The notes under the pieces are model-generated. The model was not told the DNA's origin. It saw only the letters and a list, made by a program, of their open reading frames with translations, and did no database searches. A stretch of DNA of 64,000 nt from Vespertiliibacter pulmonis (lineage in GTDB: Bacteria > Pseudomonadota > Gammaproteobacteria > Enterobacterales > Pasteurellaceae): NCBI RefSeq assembly GCF_013377275.1, contig NZ_CP016615.1, forward strand, positions 1,124,830-1,188,829, read 5' to 3'. Position 1 is the first letter of the stretch, and each line of letters opens with the position of its first letter. Shown here piece after piece: positions 21,864-32,716 of this stretch. The position numbers and the translations under genes were made by a program.

Positions 21864-22313
21864 TTATTTGTGTTTTTTAACTAGTGGGAGATTTGCTGCA
21901 CGCCAGCCAGCAATCCCTTCTTTTAAAGCGTGAGCATCAAAACCTTGTTTTGCAAGGGTATTTGCTAGTGCTTGTGCAGATAATCCATTACTATCAATAA
22001 TAATTACTGGGCGAGTTTTATATTTTTCAATAGCATTAAGTTTGTTACTTTTAATATCACTAGGTAACAAATGTTGACTGTCGATGATGTGCCCAGCTTT
22101 GAATTCATCATCTGTTCGCACATCAATAACGATAGCATCTTGCTTATTAATAAGTAGAGTTGCTTCTGTATTGGTAACAATCTTGATTTTGTTGGTTGCA
22201 CTCTTATAGAAGTTAAAGAGAACAGCAATAAAAAGCGCTATCCACGCAACAACCATAATAGTATGATTTGCCGCAAATTGTTGGAGTTGTTGGGTAAGAG
22301 TAAGTTGTTCCAT
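21864..22313 (-). CDS. Rhodanese-domain membrane protein (YibN-like)
   Basis: 149 aa with an N-terminal TM helix and a rhodanese fold. Its position upstream of secB–gpsA–cysE matches the E. coli yibN–grxC–secB–gpsA–cysE order, except that grxC is absent. Confidence 0.75.
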   Translation of the reverse strand: MEQLTLTQQLQQFAANHTIMVVAWIALFIAVLFNFYKSATNKIKIVTNTEATLLINKQDAIVIDVRTDDEFKAGHIIDSQHLLPSDIKSNKLNAIEKYKTRPVIIIDSNGLSAQALANTLAKQGFDAHALKEGIAGWRAANLPLVKKHK

Positions 22314-22360
22314 AATATTCTTCTAAGGACTAGGCAATGTAAGTAAGCTTAAGGCTTCAC

Positions 22361-22391
22361 CTTTTTGTGGAAAAGGTGGGGAAACCCCACC
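22361..22391 (-). terminator. Rho-independent terminator of tig
   Basis: On the minus strand, ggtgggg-ttt-ccccacc is followed by TTTT. A second hairpin, cacctttt...aaaaggtg, overlaps it. Confidence 0.6.
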
Positions 22392-22407
22392 TTAAATCTT
22401 AAAGATA

Positions 22408-23706
22408 TTATGCCTGTTGCGCTGCCATAATTTCATCAAAAGAGGCTGCTTTTTCAGTTACTTTTGCTTTAGCAAGAACGGCATCTACTGCTTGTTCTTC
22501 TAATACTACATTACGAATGTTATCTGTTAATTGACGATTTTTTGCGTAGTATTCAATCACTTCTGCTGGTTGTTCGTAAGCAGAAGCTAATTCAGCGATC
22601 ATTGTTTTTACACGATCTTCATCAACTTTTAATTCATTTGCAGTGATGACTGCTGAAAGTAATAAACCTACTTGTACACGGCGTTTTGCATCTTCAGTGA
22701 ATAATTCTGCTGGAAGCTGTGCTGCCATTTCAGGTTTACCGCCAAAACGCTGTACTGCTTGTTGGCGTAATACTTCGATTTCTTCATTTACTGCAGAGGC
22801 TGGCACATCAATGTTATTTTCTGCTAATAAGCCGTTAATTACTTGAGTTTTTACACGGGCAGTAATGGCATTTTTCAGCTCACGTTGCATATTTTTCTTA
22901 ATTTCTGTACGAAGATCATCAACAGATTTACCTGCACCAAATTTTTTCACAAATTCTTCGGTTAATTCAGGTAATTCCATATTTTCAACTTTTTTCAAAG
23001 TGATTGCGAATTTTGCTGCTTTGCCTTTTAAATTTTCTGCGTGGTATTCTTCTGGGAAAGTAACGTCGATGTCAAACTGTTCACCTGCTTTGTGTCCCAC
23101 AATTCCTTCTTCAAAACCTGGAATCATACGACCTTGTCCCATAAATAAAACGAAGTCTGACGCTTTACCACCTTCAAATTCTTCGCCATCAACAGAACCA
23201 ACGAAGTCAATAGTCACACGGTCTTCAGCTGTTGTTGCGTTTTGAGATTCAGTCCAAGTTGCTTGTTGTTTGCGTAATACATCAACCATCTTATCTAAAT
23301 CAGCATCTTTGATTTCAACAACTGGTTTTTCAACAGTAATATTTTCTAAACCTTTTAATTCTACTTCAGGGAAAACATCAAAGGTTGCAGTGAAAGAGAA
23401 ATCTTTACCTAATTCATAATTATTAGGGGTAAAACTTGGTCGACCCGCTAAGTTTAATTTTTCCTTGATAACAACATCAAAGAATGCACGTTGCATTTCA
23501 TCAGATAACGCATCTTGGCGTGCTGCTAAACCGTAGCGTTGTTCAATGATTGAGTGTGGCACTTTGCCTTTACGGAAGCCATCAACACGAGCGTTTTTTG
23601 CGTAGCCTTTTAGTTGTTCACGGTATGCTGCTTCAACCACATCAGCAGCGACAGTAATAGTTGCACGGCGTTCTAAGCCTTGAGTTGTTTCAATAGAGAA
23701 TGACAT
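22408..23706 (-). CDS. tig: Trigger factor
   Basis: 432 aa with full-length similarity to trigger factor, including the GFRxGxxP ribosome-binding signature (GFRKGKVP). No clpP or clpX lies downstream. Confidence 0.95.
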   Translation of the reverse strand: MSFSIETTQGLERRATITVAADVVEAAYREQLKGYAKNARVDGFRKGKVPHSIIEQRYGLAARQDALSDEMQRAFFDVVIKEKLNLAGRPSFTPNNYELGKDFSFTATFDVFPEVELKGLENITVEKPVVEIKDADLDKMVDVLRKQQATWTESQNATTAEDRVTIDFVGSVDGEEFEGGKASDFVLFMGQGRMIPGFEEGIVGHKAGEQFDIDVTFPEEYHAENLKGKAAKFAITLKKVENMELPELTEEFVKKFGAGKSVDDLRTEIKKNMQRELKNAITARVKTQVINGLLAENNIDVPASAVNEEIEVLRQQAVQRFGGKPEMAAQLPAELFTEDAKRRVQVGLLLSAVITANELKVDEDRVKTMIAELASAYEQPAEVIEYYAKNRQLTDNIRNVVLEEQAVDAVLAKAKVTEKAASFDEIMAAQQA

Positions 23707-23832
23707 TCTTAAACCTCAATTAAGTAGGGTATATAAATACAGATAAAAAAATAGACGCAAATTTTAACTTGCTTGTAAAGAAATGTCGAGAAATAACATA
23801 TCTAAATGTAAAATGAATAATTTATTGCTAAT

Positions 23833-23863
23833 AAAAATCAGACCACTAATTTAAGTGGTCTGA
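23833..23863 (-). terminator. Rho-independent terminator of kbp
   Basis: tcagaccact / agtggtctga forms a 9–10 bp stem, followed by TTTTT on the minus strand. Confidence 0.6.
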
Positions 23864-23881
23864 TCAAGTAAAATTTATCAA

Positions 23882-24325
23882 TTATAAACTTTTTGGAATA
23901 CGAATTTTTTGACCTGGGAAGATTTTGTCCGCATCTTTAATAACTTCTTTATTTGCTTCAACAATAGCAGTGTATTTAGCACCGTTACCGTAGGCTTTTT
24001 CTGCGATTTTCCAAAGAGTATCGCCTTTTTCGATGATATAAAATTCTTCGTCGCTTGCAATTTGTTCACCGTTTGCCACTTGAATGCCATCAATATTAAC
24101 GCTGGTAATTCCTTCAATATTACCTGCCATTAAGACTGCTTTTTCTAATGCAGCAGCATCTTTTGCTGTACCAGTAATGGTTGCAACACCGTTTTCAACA
24201 GTAACTTGCAAATTTTCAATGCCTGGATTATCTTCAGTTAAATGGTCTGCAACCGCTTTTGATGCATCTTCTGCTTTATGGAATAATTTTTTGCCAATGT
24301 TTGAAACAAAATCAAATAAACCCAT
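23882..24325 (-). CDS. kbp: BON + LysM domain protein (potassium-binding protein Kbp/YgaU-like)
   Basis: 147 aa with an N-terminal BON domain and a C-terminal LysM domain (YIIEKGDTLWKIAEKAYG), the same architecture as E. coli YgaU. Confidence 0.8.
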   Translation of the reverse strand: MGLFDFVSNIGKKLFHKAEDASKAVADHLTEDNPGIENLQVTVENGVATITGTAKDAAALEKAVLMAGNIEGITSVNIDGIQVANGEQIASDEEFYIIEKGDTLWKIAEKAYGNGAKYTAIVEANKEVIKDADKIFPGQKIRIPKSL

Positions 24326-24572
24326 TGTAAAGTCCTCTCTATAAAATAGTACGCTAAATATACGATTGAAATGTTCAATCAGTTATTAGATTACGGTAAT
24401 TCTGATAAGTTCCAAAGAGAAAATTACAATTTATTTTATAAAAAATAGGCAAGCGGTTGAATTTGCAAAAAATTTGTAAATCTTACCGCTTGTATTTTTA
24501 TTTTCCATTTATACATTATTCCGTTAAAATCACAGCAATTAAGCGTTTAATTTATTGAATTTAAGGTCGAGT

Positions 24573-25016
24573 GTGAAACAGGTTCAATTTTACCTTCTTA
24601 GCCAAAATGATGAGCAAGATAGCGAGCTATCCTCTATGGAACAGCAGGCTTGTGATCTTGCGGCACAAGCGTGGCGGGCAGGAAAGCGAGTGATCATTGC
24701 TTGTGAAACAGAACAGCAAGCCCTTAATATTGATGATGCGTTATGGGCGAGAAATGCAGATGATTTTGTGCCTCATAATCTATCGGGCGAAGCCACAACG
24801 TATGCAACGCCGATTGAGATTAGCTGGAAAGGGAAGCGTAACACTCAACGGCGTGATCTCTTGATTTCTCTACAAACGACCATACCTGATTACATTAACA
24901 GTTTTAATCAAATTATTGATTTTGTACCTGTTGATGAAAAACAAAAAGTACAAGCTCGAGAACGTTATAAGCAATATCGTCAGCTAGGTTGGCAACTTTC
25001 GACGGTTAACGTTTAA
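24573..25016 (+). CDS. holC: DNA polymerase III chi subunit
   Basis: Aligns with E. coli HolC (FYLL...RVIIACE...ALWAR...FVPHNL...ARERYK). A GTG start at 24573 with AAGG 7 nt upstream gives 147 aa, whereas the tracked ORF starts at a TTG at 24555. Confidence 0.85.
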   Translation: MKQVQFYLLSQNDEQDSELSSMEQQACDLAAQAWRAGKRVIIACETEQQALNIDDALWARNADDFVPHNLSGEATTYATPIEISWKGKRNTQRRDLLISLQTTIPDYINSFNQIIDFVPVDEKQKVQARERYKQYRQLGWQLSTVNV

Positions 25017-25047
25017 ATTTAATTACTTATAAAGTAAAGGATATAAA

Positions 25048-25743
25048 ATGAAAATTGAAATTTGGTCCGATATTATTTGCCCTTTTTGTTATATTGGTAA
25101 ACGCAAACTAGAAATGGCATTAGCACAAACGGGGATAGATGCAGATATTGAGTGGCATAGTTTTGAATTAAACCCCGATGCGCCACAATCCTATGGTGTG
25201 CCATTACCTGAAATGCTCAATAAAATGTATGGTTTCAGCCCAGAACGGGCATTGTCTGTTTTAGAGTATGAACAACAAACGGCAGAAAGCGTTGGGCTGG
25301 ATTTTCAATGGAAAATAGCTAAACCGGGAAATACCTTTAATGCTCATCGTTTAATACATTTAGGTAAAAGTTTAGGTATTGGCGACCAAGTAAAAGAACG
25401 TTTTTTAAAGGCGTATTTTACTGAAGGGCAAGAAATTGGTAATGCCGAAGTGTTGCGTAAGCTAGCGATTGAAGTAGGCTTGGCAGAGGCCTTAGTTGAT
25501 GCTGTGTTATCTACCAATCAATTTGCTGATGCAGTGAGAGCTGATGAAAAAGAGGCATCAATTATTGGCATTCGTGGCGTACCTTATTTCTTAATCAATG
25601 ATGAAATCTCAATCGCAGGTGCACAAGAAATCTCAGAATTTGTGCGAGTATTAACGGAACAAGCTCAAAAAACACAAGTAAAAACGACAGCTACAGCTAA
25701 AGGTATGCAGTGTGAAGGTGGTGAGTGTAAGTTATCTGATTAA
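25048..25743 (+). CDS. Cytoplasmic DsbA-like thiol-disulfide oxidoreductase (FrnE family)
   Basis: 231 aa with no signal peptide, an N-terminal CPFC active site in a DsbA-like thioredoxin fold, and a C-terminal CEGGEC motif as in FrnE. Confidence 0.7.
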   Translation: MKIEIWSDIICPFCYIGKRKLEMALAQTGIDADIEWHSFELNPDAPQSYGVPLPEMLNKMYGFSPERALSVLEYEQQTAESVGLDFQWKIAKPGNTFNAHRLIHLGKSLGIGDQVKERFLKAYFTEGQEIGNAEVLRKLAIEVGLAEALVDAVLSTNQFADAVRADEKEASIIGIRGVPYFLINDEISIAGAQEISEFVRVLTEQAQKTQVKTTATAKGMQCEGGECKLSD

Positions 25744-25933
25744 CCGTTTTTTATTTAGTAGGATATAAATAATACAGAGAAAAAAGCTCAAGCAAGATAA
25801 CGTTATAAACAGTTGGGTTGGAAACTTAGGACGGAGTTCAACCTATATAATTACTATATTTTTATAACTATTTGATAACTTAATTATTTTAAGAAATTGA
25901 GGTTCTTACACATTTAAAATTCATTAAAGGGAG

Positions 25934-27289
25934 ATGAAGATGGACTTAATTATTGGCTTATTTGCTGTAATTCTTGTCGGCTATTACATTATTAAAGGAT
26001 ATTCCGCAACAGGCGTATTAATGACAGTGGGTCTATTATTACTTTTAGCGAGTGTGCTATTAGATAAAACAGTTTTACCCAATTCTGTTAAATCAACAGG
26101 CAGTTTATACCTAGATATTTTTGAATACGTTAAATATTTGTTGATGAATCGAGGTGGAAACCTCGGTATGTTGATTATGGTATTGTGTGGTTTTGCTGCG
26201 TATATGACGCATTTAGGTGCTAATGATATGGTGGTGAAATTAGTATCAAAACCATTAAATTATATTAAATCACCTTATATCTTGATGGTAGTGGCGTATT
26301 TCTTAGCTTGTTTAATGTCATTAGCGGTGTCATCAGCAACAGGGTTGGGTGTCTTATTGATGGCAACATTATTCCCAATCATGGTTAATGTGGGTATTTC
26401 AAGAGGAGCTGCTGCGGCTATTTGTGCTTCACCAGCGGCCATTATACTTTCACCCACATCAGGTGATGTTGTCTTGGCAGCAGAAGTGTCAAAAATGCCA
26501 TTATTAGAATTTGCGTTTAACCTCACGTTGCCGATTTCCATTGGGGCTATTCTTTCGATTGGTGTGGCACACTTTTTCTGGCAACGTTATTTAGACCGAA
26601 AAGAAGGCTATAAAGCAGAAACTTTACATGTCGAAGAAATAAAAACATCGGTACCCCGTTTCTATGCGATTTTACCTTTTACGCCGATTATTGGTGTATT
26701 AGTTTTTGATGGTAAGTTTGCACCAGAACTACATATTGTGACAATCATTGTGATCTGTTTATTACTGGTAGCGTCGATTGATTTTGTCAGAACATTGAGT
26801 GCAAAAAAAGTGTATGAAAACTTAAATGTAGCTTATCAGGGCATGGCAGATGCTTTTTCGAGTGTGGTGATGTTGTTGGTTGCTGCAGGAGTTTTTGCGC
26901 AAGGACTCAGTACTGTAGGCTTTATTCATTCATTAATTGATTCGATACAATCTTTTAGTAGCGGTGGTTTTGTGATGATGATTGCTTTAGCGATTATTAC
27001 AGCATTAGCGGCTATCACAACAGGATCGGGTAATGCACCATTTTATGCGTTTGTGGAACTAATTCCAAAATTAGCGTCACAAATGGGGATTAACCCAGCT
27101 TACCTAACTATACCTATGTTACAAGCATCAAATATTGGACGTAGTTTATCACCTGTTTCTGGTGTTGTCGTTGCGGTATCGGGTATGGCAAAAATTTCAC
27201 CATTTGAAGTTGTTAAACGTATTTCTGTCCCGATGATTGTTGGTTTAATTGTTGTGATCGCCGCAACGCAAATTTTTGTTGCAGCTTAA
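25934..27289 (+). CDS. dcuC: Anaerobic C4-dicarboxylate transporter DcuC
   Basis: 451 aa with very high similarity to E. coli DcuC along its whole length (IKGYSATGVL...GNAPFYAFVE...AGMAKISPFEVVKR). Confidence 0.85.
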   Translation: MKMDLIIGLFAVILVGYYIIKGYSATGVLMTVGLLLLLASVLLDKTVLPNSVKSTGSLYLDIFEYVKYLLMNRGGNLGMLIMVLCGFAAYMTHLGANDMVVKLVSKPLNYIKSPYILMVVAYFLACLMSLAVSSATGLGVLLMATLFPIMVNVGISRGAAAAICASPAAIILSPTSGDVVLAAEVSKMPLLEFAFNLTLPISIGAILSIGVAHFFWQRYLDRKEGYKAETLHVEEIKTSVPRFYAILPFTPIIGVLVFDGKFAPELHIVTIIVICLLLVASIDFVRTLSAKKVYENLNVAYQGMADAFSSVVMLLVAAGVFAQGLSTVGFIHSLIDSIQSFSSGGFVMMIALAIITALAAITTGSGNAPFYAFVELIPKLASQMGINPAYLTIPMLQASNIGRSLSPVSGVVVAVSGMAKISPFEVVKRISVPMIVGLIVVIAATQIFVAA

Positions 27290-27510
27290 TGAATAACAAG
27301 CTGTCAGATTTGGACAATTTTTTGTAGATGTTAAAAGAATGTGGCAGGTTGTGAGACAGTGCTTATTTTTGAGAGTGAACGATTTATAACTAAGTCACTA
27401 CAATCTATATTAGATAAAATGGAAACCACTGCGGCACAAATTATGTAGTGAGAAGATGGGGAGTATAAGTTGTCGAATTCATAGTTTTTATTAAATAATT
27501 CAATTTTTTA

Positions 27511-28286
27511 ATGAAGGAAAGTGAAATGGAAAAATTAAGGATTTAGAAATTTCTTATGTAACTCATGTAAATAATCTTAATGTAGCTGCTTCATATAAGG
27601 AAAGACTAATAAACAATTTCAAAAATTTGGATGTTTAGAATAAATTAAAAGAGTTATCTATACGTGATTATTTTGATAGATATTCTACATTAACTGGAAA
27701 TGTTTTTTCATCTGAGCTAGTGAATGATGGTTATAGATTACCTTCTAATAAAGATGCAACCCTTAGAGATTATTTTAGTAATGTACATAAATATTTAATG
27801 GAAGTTATTGATGAGTGCTATCTGAAAGTACAGATGAATGAATATAGTTCTGAAGAAAAAAATGAGCTTAATACTATAATACAAGGGAAAGAGGAGGATA
27901 ATGTTAAGTCTACAGAATTATCTCAAAAGTCGATCTCATTTGTTAAAAGGAACTTATCAGTTGCTAAAGAAGCGTTATGTAAGGCAGATTATAAATGTGA
28001 AGTAGATGACTCTCACAAGTTATTTTTAAGAAAAGGTGATAAAGGTATTAATTATACAGAAGCTCATCATTTAATTCCATTATATAAATACAAAGATGTT
28101 AAATCTAGTCTGGATATTGTAGCTAACATTATTTCGTTATGTAGCCATTGTCACAATTTACTTCATTATGGAAGATATGAGGATAAGCTTGAAATCTTAG
28201 AGAAATTATATAAAGAAAGAAAAAACGCTTTAGAAGAATCTAATATTACGATTACGTTTGATAAACTGATTACATTTTATGATTAG
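27511..28286 (+). pseudogene. Decayed HNH-nuclease gene (frameshift plus in-frame TAG); intact C-terminal ORF 27720..28286
   Basis: The C-terminal part carries an HNH motif (EAHHLIP...NIISLCSHCHNLLHYG). Upstream fragments MKESEMEKLRI / ...LEISYVTHVNNLNVAASYKERLINNFKNLDV* / NKLKELSIRDYFDRYSTLTGNVFSSELV read as one N-terminus interrupted by a frameshift near 27540 and a TAG at 27636. The region is visibly AT-rich. Confidence 0.45.
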
Positions 28287-28331
28287 AACATTATTGTGAC
28301 TAACAAATTATTCTTAGAGAGAAATATAATA

Positions 28332-31196
28332 ATGACCAAAACCTTTGAAATGGCAGATCGTTTTAATGCGTCTGCGGTAGAACAAGTCCTGTATCAACAC
28401 TGGGAAGAGAGCGGTTATTTTAAACCGTCTGAAGATACGTCAAAACCGAGCTACTGTATTGCGATTCCACCACCGAATGTAACGGGTAGTTTGCATATGG
28501 GGCACGCATTCCAACAGACGTTAATGGATACCTTAATCCGTTTTAATCGTATGGAAGGCAACAATACCTTGTGGCAGTCTGGTACTGACCACGCTGGGAT
28601 TGCAACCCAAATGGTGGTAGAGCGTAAAATTGCTGCGGAAGAGGGCAAAACTCGCCACGACTATGGACGTGAAACTTTTATCGACAAAATCTGGGAGTGG
28701 AAAGCCCATTCAGGCGGTACAATTAGCCAGCAAATGCGTCGTTTAGGGGACTCGGTTGATTGGGATCGTGAACGTTTTACGATGGACGAAGGGCTTTCAA
28801 ATGCGGTGAAAGAAGTATTTGTGCGTTTACACGAGCAAGGTTTAATCTATCGTGGAAAGCGTTTAGTAAACTGGGATCCAAAATTACACACTGCAATTTC
28901 AGATCTTGAAGTCGAAAATAAAGAGAGCAAAGGCTCGTTATGGCATTTCCGTTATCCGCTAGCCAATGGTGCAAAAACCGCAGACGGTAAAGATTATTTA
29001 GTGGTCGCAACAACCCGTCCTGAAACGATGTTAGGTGATACGGCAGTAGCGGTTCACCCTGAAGATGAGCGTTATCAAGGCTTGATCGGAAAAAGCGTGA
29101 TTCTACCGCTTGCAGATCGTGAAATTCCAATTATTGCTGATGATTATGTCGATCGTGAATTTGGAACAGGAGTTGTAAAAATTACTCCAGCTCACGATTT
29201 CAATGACTATGAAGTAGGTAAACGCCATCAGTTACCGATGGTGAATGTATTAACCCTAAATGCAGATATTCGTGATGAAGCAGAAATTATCGGCACTGAT
29301 GGCAAAATTTGTGAGAATTATACCGCTGTAATTCCTGAGAAATATCAAGGTATGGAACGTTTTGCTGCACGCAAGCAGATTGTGGCTGATTTTGATACCT
29401 TAGGATTATTAGATGAAATCAAACCCCACGATTTAAAAGTGCCTTATGGCGATCGTGGTGGTGTGCCGATTGAACCAATGCTTACGGACCAATGGTATGT
29501 GAGTGTGAAACCGCTTGCAGATGTTGCGATTAAAGCGGTGGAAGACGGTGAAATTCAATTTGTGCCAAAGCAATATGAAAATCTCTATTTTTCGTGGATG
29601 CGAGATATTCAAGATTGGTGTATTTCTCGCCAATTATGGTGGGGACACCGTATTCCTGCGTGGTATGACGAGGCGGGTAATATTTATGTCGCTCGCAGTG
29701 AAGAAGAAGCACGTCAAAAACATAATTTACCTGCGGATTTAGTATTAAAACAAGATGAAGACGTACTTGATACGTGGTTCTCATCGGGGTTATGGACATT
29801 TTCAACGCTTGGCTGGCCAGAGCAAACGCCAGATCTCAAAATGTTCCACCCAACGGACGTTTTGATTACAGGCTTTGATATTATTTTCTTCTGGGTTGCT
29901 CGTATGATTATGTTTACGATGCACTTTATCAAAGATGAAAATGGCAAGCCACAAGTACCGTTTAAAACAGTGTATGTAACGGGCTTAATTCGTGATGAAA
30001 ATGGGCAGAAAATGTCTAAATCTAAGGGGAATGTGATTGACCCATTAGATATGATTGATGGTATTAGCCTTGAAGATCTACTTGAAAAACGTACGGGCAA
30101 TATGATGCAACCGCAGTTAGCGGAAAAAATTGCGAAAGCAACGGTAAAAGCATTCCCAGAAGGTATTTCAGCACACGGTACTGATGCGTTACGTTTTACG
30201 CTTTCAGCGTTGGCAACCAATGGACGTGATATTAACTGGGATATGAAACGCCTTGAAGGCTATCGTAATTTCTGTAATAAATTATGGAATGCAAGCCGTT
30301 TTGTTCTGACTAATGATAAATTAGATCTTTCAGACGGGGACGTTGAATATACGTTAGCCGATCGGTGGATCCAGTCTGAATTTAACCGTACCGTAGAGGC
30401 ATTCCGTATTGCGTTGGCTCAATATCGTTTTGATCTTTGTGCGACTGCTTTATATGAGTTTACTTGGAACCAATTCTGCGACTGGTATTTAGAGCTTACT
30501 AAGCCAATTTTTGCAAGCGGTACAGATGTGCAAAAACGAGGCGCAAGCCGTACTCTAATTAATGTATTGGAGAAACTGTTACGTTTATGCCACCCAGTTA
30601 TGCCGTTTATTACGGAAGAAATCTGGCAGAAAGTGAAAGGCTTTGCAGGCGTAGAAGGCGATACCATTATGTTGCAACCTTTCCCACAAGTGGATAATAA
30701 TTTGCAAGATAGCCAAGCAGAAACAGAAATGGGTTGGTTAAAAGAGATTATTGTTACTGTGCGTAATATTCGTGCGGAAAATAATATTCCACCAAGTAAA
30801 TCACTAGATCTATTATTGCGTAATGTGAGCGATAAAGATCGCAAAATTTTCGTTGAAAATGACCGCTTGTTGAAAGCGATTGCGAAGCTAGACAGCATTA
30901 AAGTATTGGCAGATGGCGAAAATGCACCGCTTTCAGTTGCAAAATTAGTGAATGGTGCAGAAGTACTTGTGCCAATGGCAGGTTTTATCAATAAAGAGGC
31001 TGAATTGGCTCGTTTAACCAAGGAAATGGAAAAATATCAAGGCGAAATTCAGCGAATTGAAAACAAGCTATCTAACGAAGCTTTTGTGGCAAAAGCACCA
31101 CCAGCAGTTATTGAGAAAGAGCGTGAAAAAATGGCAGAGTATCAAGATGGATTGGTTAAAATCCAACAGCAGTACAAAGCAGTTGAAGCGTTATAA
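28332..31196 (+). CDS. valS: Valine--tRNA ligase
   Basis: The E. coli ValS N-terminus aligns from MTKTFE. The HMGH and KMSKS motifs are present, as is the C-terminal coiled coil. The tracked ORF starts 12 codons upstream. Confidence 0.95.
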   Translation: MTKTFEMADRFNASAVEQVLYQHWEESGYFKPSEDTSKPSYCIAIPPPNVTGSLHMGHAFQQTLMDTLIRFNRMEGNNTLWQSGTDHAGIATQMVVERKIAAEEGKTRHDYGRETFIDKIWEWKAHSGGTISQQMRRLGDSVDWDRERFTMDEGLSNAVKEVFVRLHEQGLIYRGKRLVNWDPKLHTAISDLEVENKESKGSLWHFRYPLANGAKTADGKDYLVVATTRPETMLGDTAVAVHPEDERYQGLIGKSVILPLADREIPIIADDYVDREFGTGVVKITPAHDFNDYEVGKRHQLPMVNVLTLNADIRDEAEIIGTDGKICENYTAVIPEKYQGMERFAARKQIVADFDTLGLLDEIKPHDLKVPYGDRGGVPIEPMLTDQWYVSVKPLADVAIKAVEDGEIQFVPKQYENLYFSWMRDIQDWCISRQLWWGHRIPAWYDEAGNIYVARSEEEARQKHNLPADLVLKQDEDVLDTWFSSGLWTFSTLGWPEQTPDLKMFHPTDVLITGFDIIFFWVARMIMFTMHFIKDENGKPQVPFKTVYVTGLIRDENGQKMSKSKGNVIDPLDMIDGISLEDLLEKRTGNMMQPQLAEKIAKATVKAFPEGISAHGTDALRFTLSALATNGRDINWDMKRLEGYRNFCNKLWNASRFVLTNDKLDLSDGDVEYTLADRWIQSEFNRTVEAFRIALAQYRFDLCATALYEFTWNQFCDWYLELTKPIFASGTDVQKRGASRTLINVLEKLLRLCHPVMPFITEEIWQKVKGFAGVEGDTIMLQPFPQVDNNLQDSQAETEMGWLKEIIVTVRNIRAENNIPPSKSLDLLLRNVSDKDRKIFVENDRLLKAIAKLDSIKVLADGENAPLSVAKLVNGAEVLVPMAGFINKEAELARLTKEMEKYQGEIQRIENKLSNEAFVAKAPPAVIEKEREKMAEYQDGLVKIQQQYKAVEAL

Positions 31197-31219
31197 TTAC
31201 TAGCTTGAAGCTTAATTAA

Positions 31220-31255
31220 ACAAGCGGTAAGTTAAATCAATAACTTACCGCTTGT
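31220..31255. terminator. Bidirectional terminator formed by an inverted USS pair
   Basis: acaagcggtaagtt-aaatcaat-aacttaccgcttgt forms a 14-bp stem followed by tgtttta. It lies between convergent valS and the flotillin gene. Confidence 0.6.
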
Positions 31256-31285
31256 TGTTTTATAAATATTTATTTTACGATCAGG

Positions 31286-32716
31286 CTATGACGTAGTGGT
31301 ATTTTTAGGATCGTTATTGCCTAAGAATTTACCAATTAAGGCTTTGCCTAAATCGGATTGGTTTAGCCCTTCAAGGGTAGCCGCTAATTTTGTTCCGCCT
31401 GTTGAGCTAAATAATTCACCGACTCGTTCAATCCCCTTATCGACTTTAGCTTCATTGATGATAAATTTCATCTCTGAGTTTGCTAAGGCTTTGGCTTGTT
31501 CCATTCCAACGGCTTGATTTGCCTCAATTTGGCGGATACTCACAAGATATTGTTGATAGCCAACATTACTGCCGATCTCTTTAGCAAGTTCAATTTGCCC
31601 AGAAACCAATGAAATTTCAAGTTTCTGTTTTGCCTCTGCTTCGGCAGAACCGATTTTAGCAATCCCTTGTGCTTCTTTATCTTTAGTTTCAAGTAAGGCC
31701 TCAGCTTCTAAAAAGGCTTTCTGTTTTTCCCCTTCAGCAACCAAAATTTGGTGCTGTCTTTCTGCTTCTGAATCAATAATTAAGGTATTGCGATTAGCCT
31801 CAGCTTTAATTTCTTGTGTCCGTTTATTTTGATCAGCTTTAACAATTTCTACTTCTTTGGCAATTTCAGCTTGTTTGACTTCTGCCACCCGTTTAACGTC
31901 CATTTCACGTTCTTTTGTCAGCTTTTCTTGCTCTTTGACTTGTTGTTGGGCTTGTTCGTTGGAAATTGCTACTTCACGTTGATTTTCAACGGTTTTTAAA
32001 CCGACTTCTTTTTCTGCTTCTTGTTTTTTTACGTCAGCTTCTTTTTTCGCTTCAATTTCAGCAATTTGTGCTTCTTTTTGGTTACGGGCGACTTCCACAC
32101 GGCTCTCTTTTTCAATAAAAGATTTTTTGATTTCCATAATATTGAAAATAACTTTTGAGCTACCGCTATCTCGAATATCCATTAGTTCGATATTTTTAAC
32201 AGGTTCAATTCCCCAGCTTTTCAATTGTTCTTTAACTGCAAGGGTAAAATCATCGCCGAGTTCTGAACGGACTTGTAAAATATCGTTTAAATTTCGGCTA
32301 GAAAGAATGGATCTTACTGAGCCTTGAATAATATCAACGAGCTGTATATTCATATCGTGAAAATCAGAAACCCGTTGAGCGGCTAGATTGGAATCAGAAA
32401 CCCTAAAGAAAGCAGTAATATCAACAACAAAAGGTAAGCGTTCTAAGTCATAGGCTTCATAGTTATCAATTTTGATTGAGAACACAGAAACAGGTAAAAC
32501 AATGGTATTTACCCCAATGATAGGGAGCCAAGCAGGAAAAGCATAATAAACATTGCCATTGCCAGTGTCTTTTCCATAAGAAGTCGTTTTACCACCTGAT
32601 TGTACGATGTGAACCTCGTTCGTTTTTACGACTCGGCGAAAAAGTAGAGCAATAACGAGAGCAGCGATAAATATCACGATAAGTAGAGCAATACCAATAG
32701 CATAGTAAAGATCCAT
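31286..32716 (-). CDS. Flotillin-like SPFH/band-7 membrane protein (YqiK family)
   Basis: 476 aa with an N-terminal TM helix, an SPFH domain and a long E/A/K-rich coiled coil. No NfeD/YqiJ partner gene is adjacent. Confidence 0.8.
   Translation of the reverse strand: MDLYYAIGIALLIVIFIAALVIALLFRRVVKTNEVHIVQSGGKTTSYGKDTGNGNVYYAFPAWLPIIGVNTIVLPVSVFSIKIDNYEAYDLERLPFVVDITAFFRVSDSNLAAQRVSDFHDMNIQLVDIIQGSVRSILSSRNLNDILQVRSELGDDFTLAVKEQLKSWGIEPVKNIELMDIRDSGSSKVIFNIMEIKKSFIEKESRVEVARNQKEAQIAEIEAKKEADVKKQEAEKEVGLKTVENQREVAISNEQAQQQVKEQEKLTKEREMDVKRVAEVKQAEIAKEVEIVKADQNKRTQEIKAEANRNTLIIDSEAERQHQILVAEGEKQKAFLEAEALLETKDKEAQGIAKIGSAEAEAKQKLEISLVSGQIELAKEIGSNVGYQQYLVSIRQIEANQAVGMEQAKALANSEMKFIINEAKVDKGIERVGELFSSTGGTKLAATLEGLNQSDLGKALIGKFLGNNDPKNTTTS

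Noticed and set aside
25860-25900. tttgataacttaatt upstream of dcuC, considered as an FNR site.
   Set aside because: Only the left half (TTGAT) matches; the right half, TAATT, has 2 of 5 matches to ATCAA.
29714-31021. Long antisense ORFs inside valS (29714–30220 and 30419–31021, minus strand) and similar ORFs inside thrC, nupC, queH (46269–46817) and others.
   Set aside because: They lie fully within well-supported genes on the opposite strand and have odd composition (Ser/Cys/Phe-rich) and no ribosome-binding sites. They are typical shadow ORFs.
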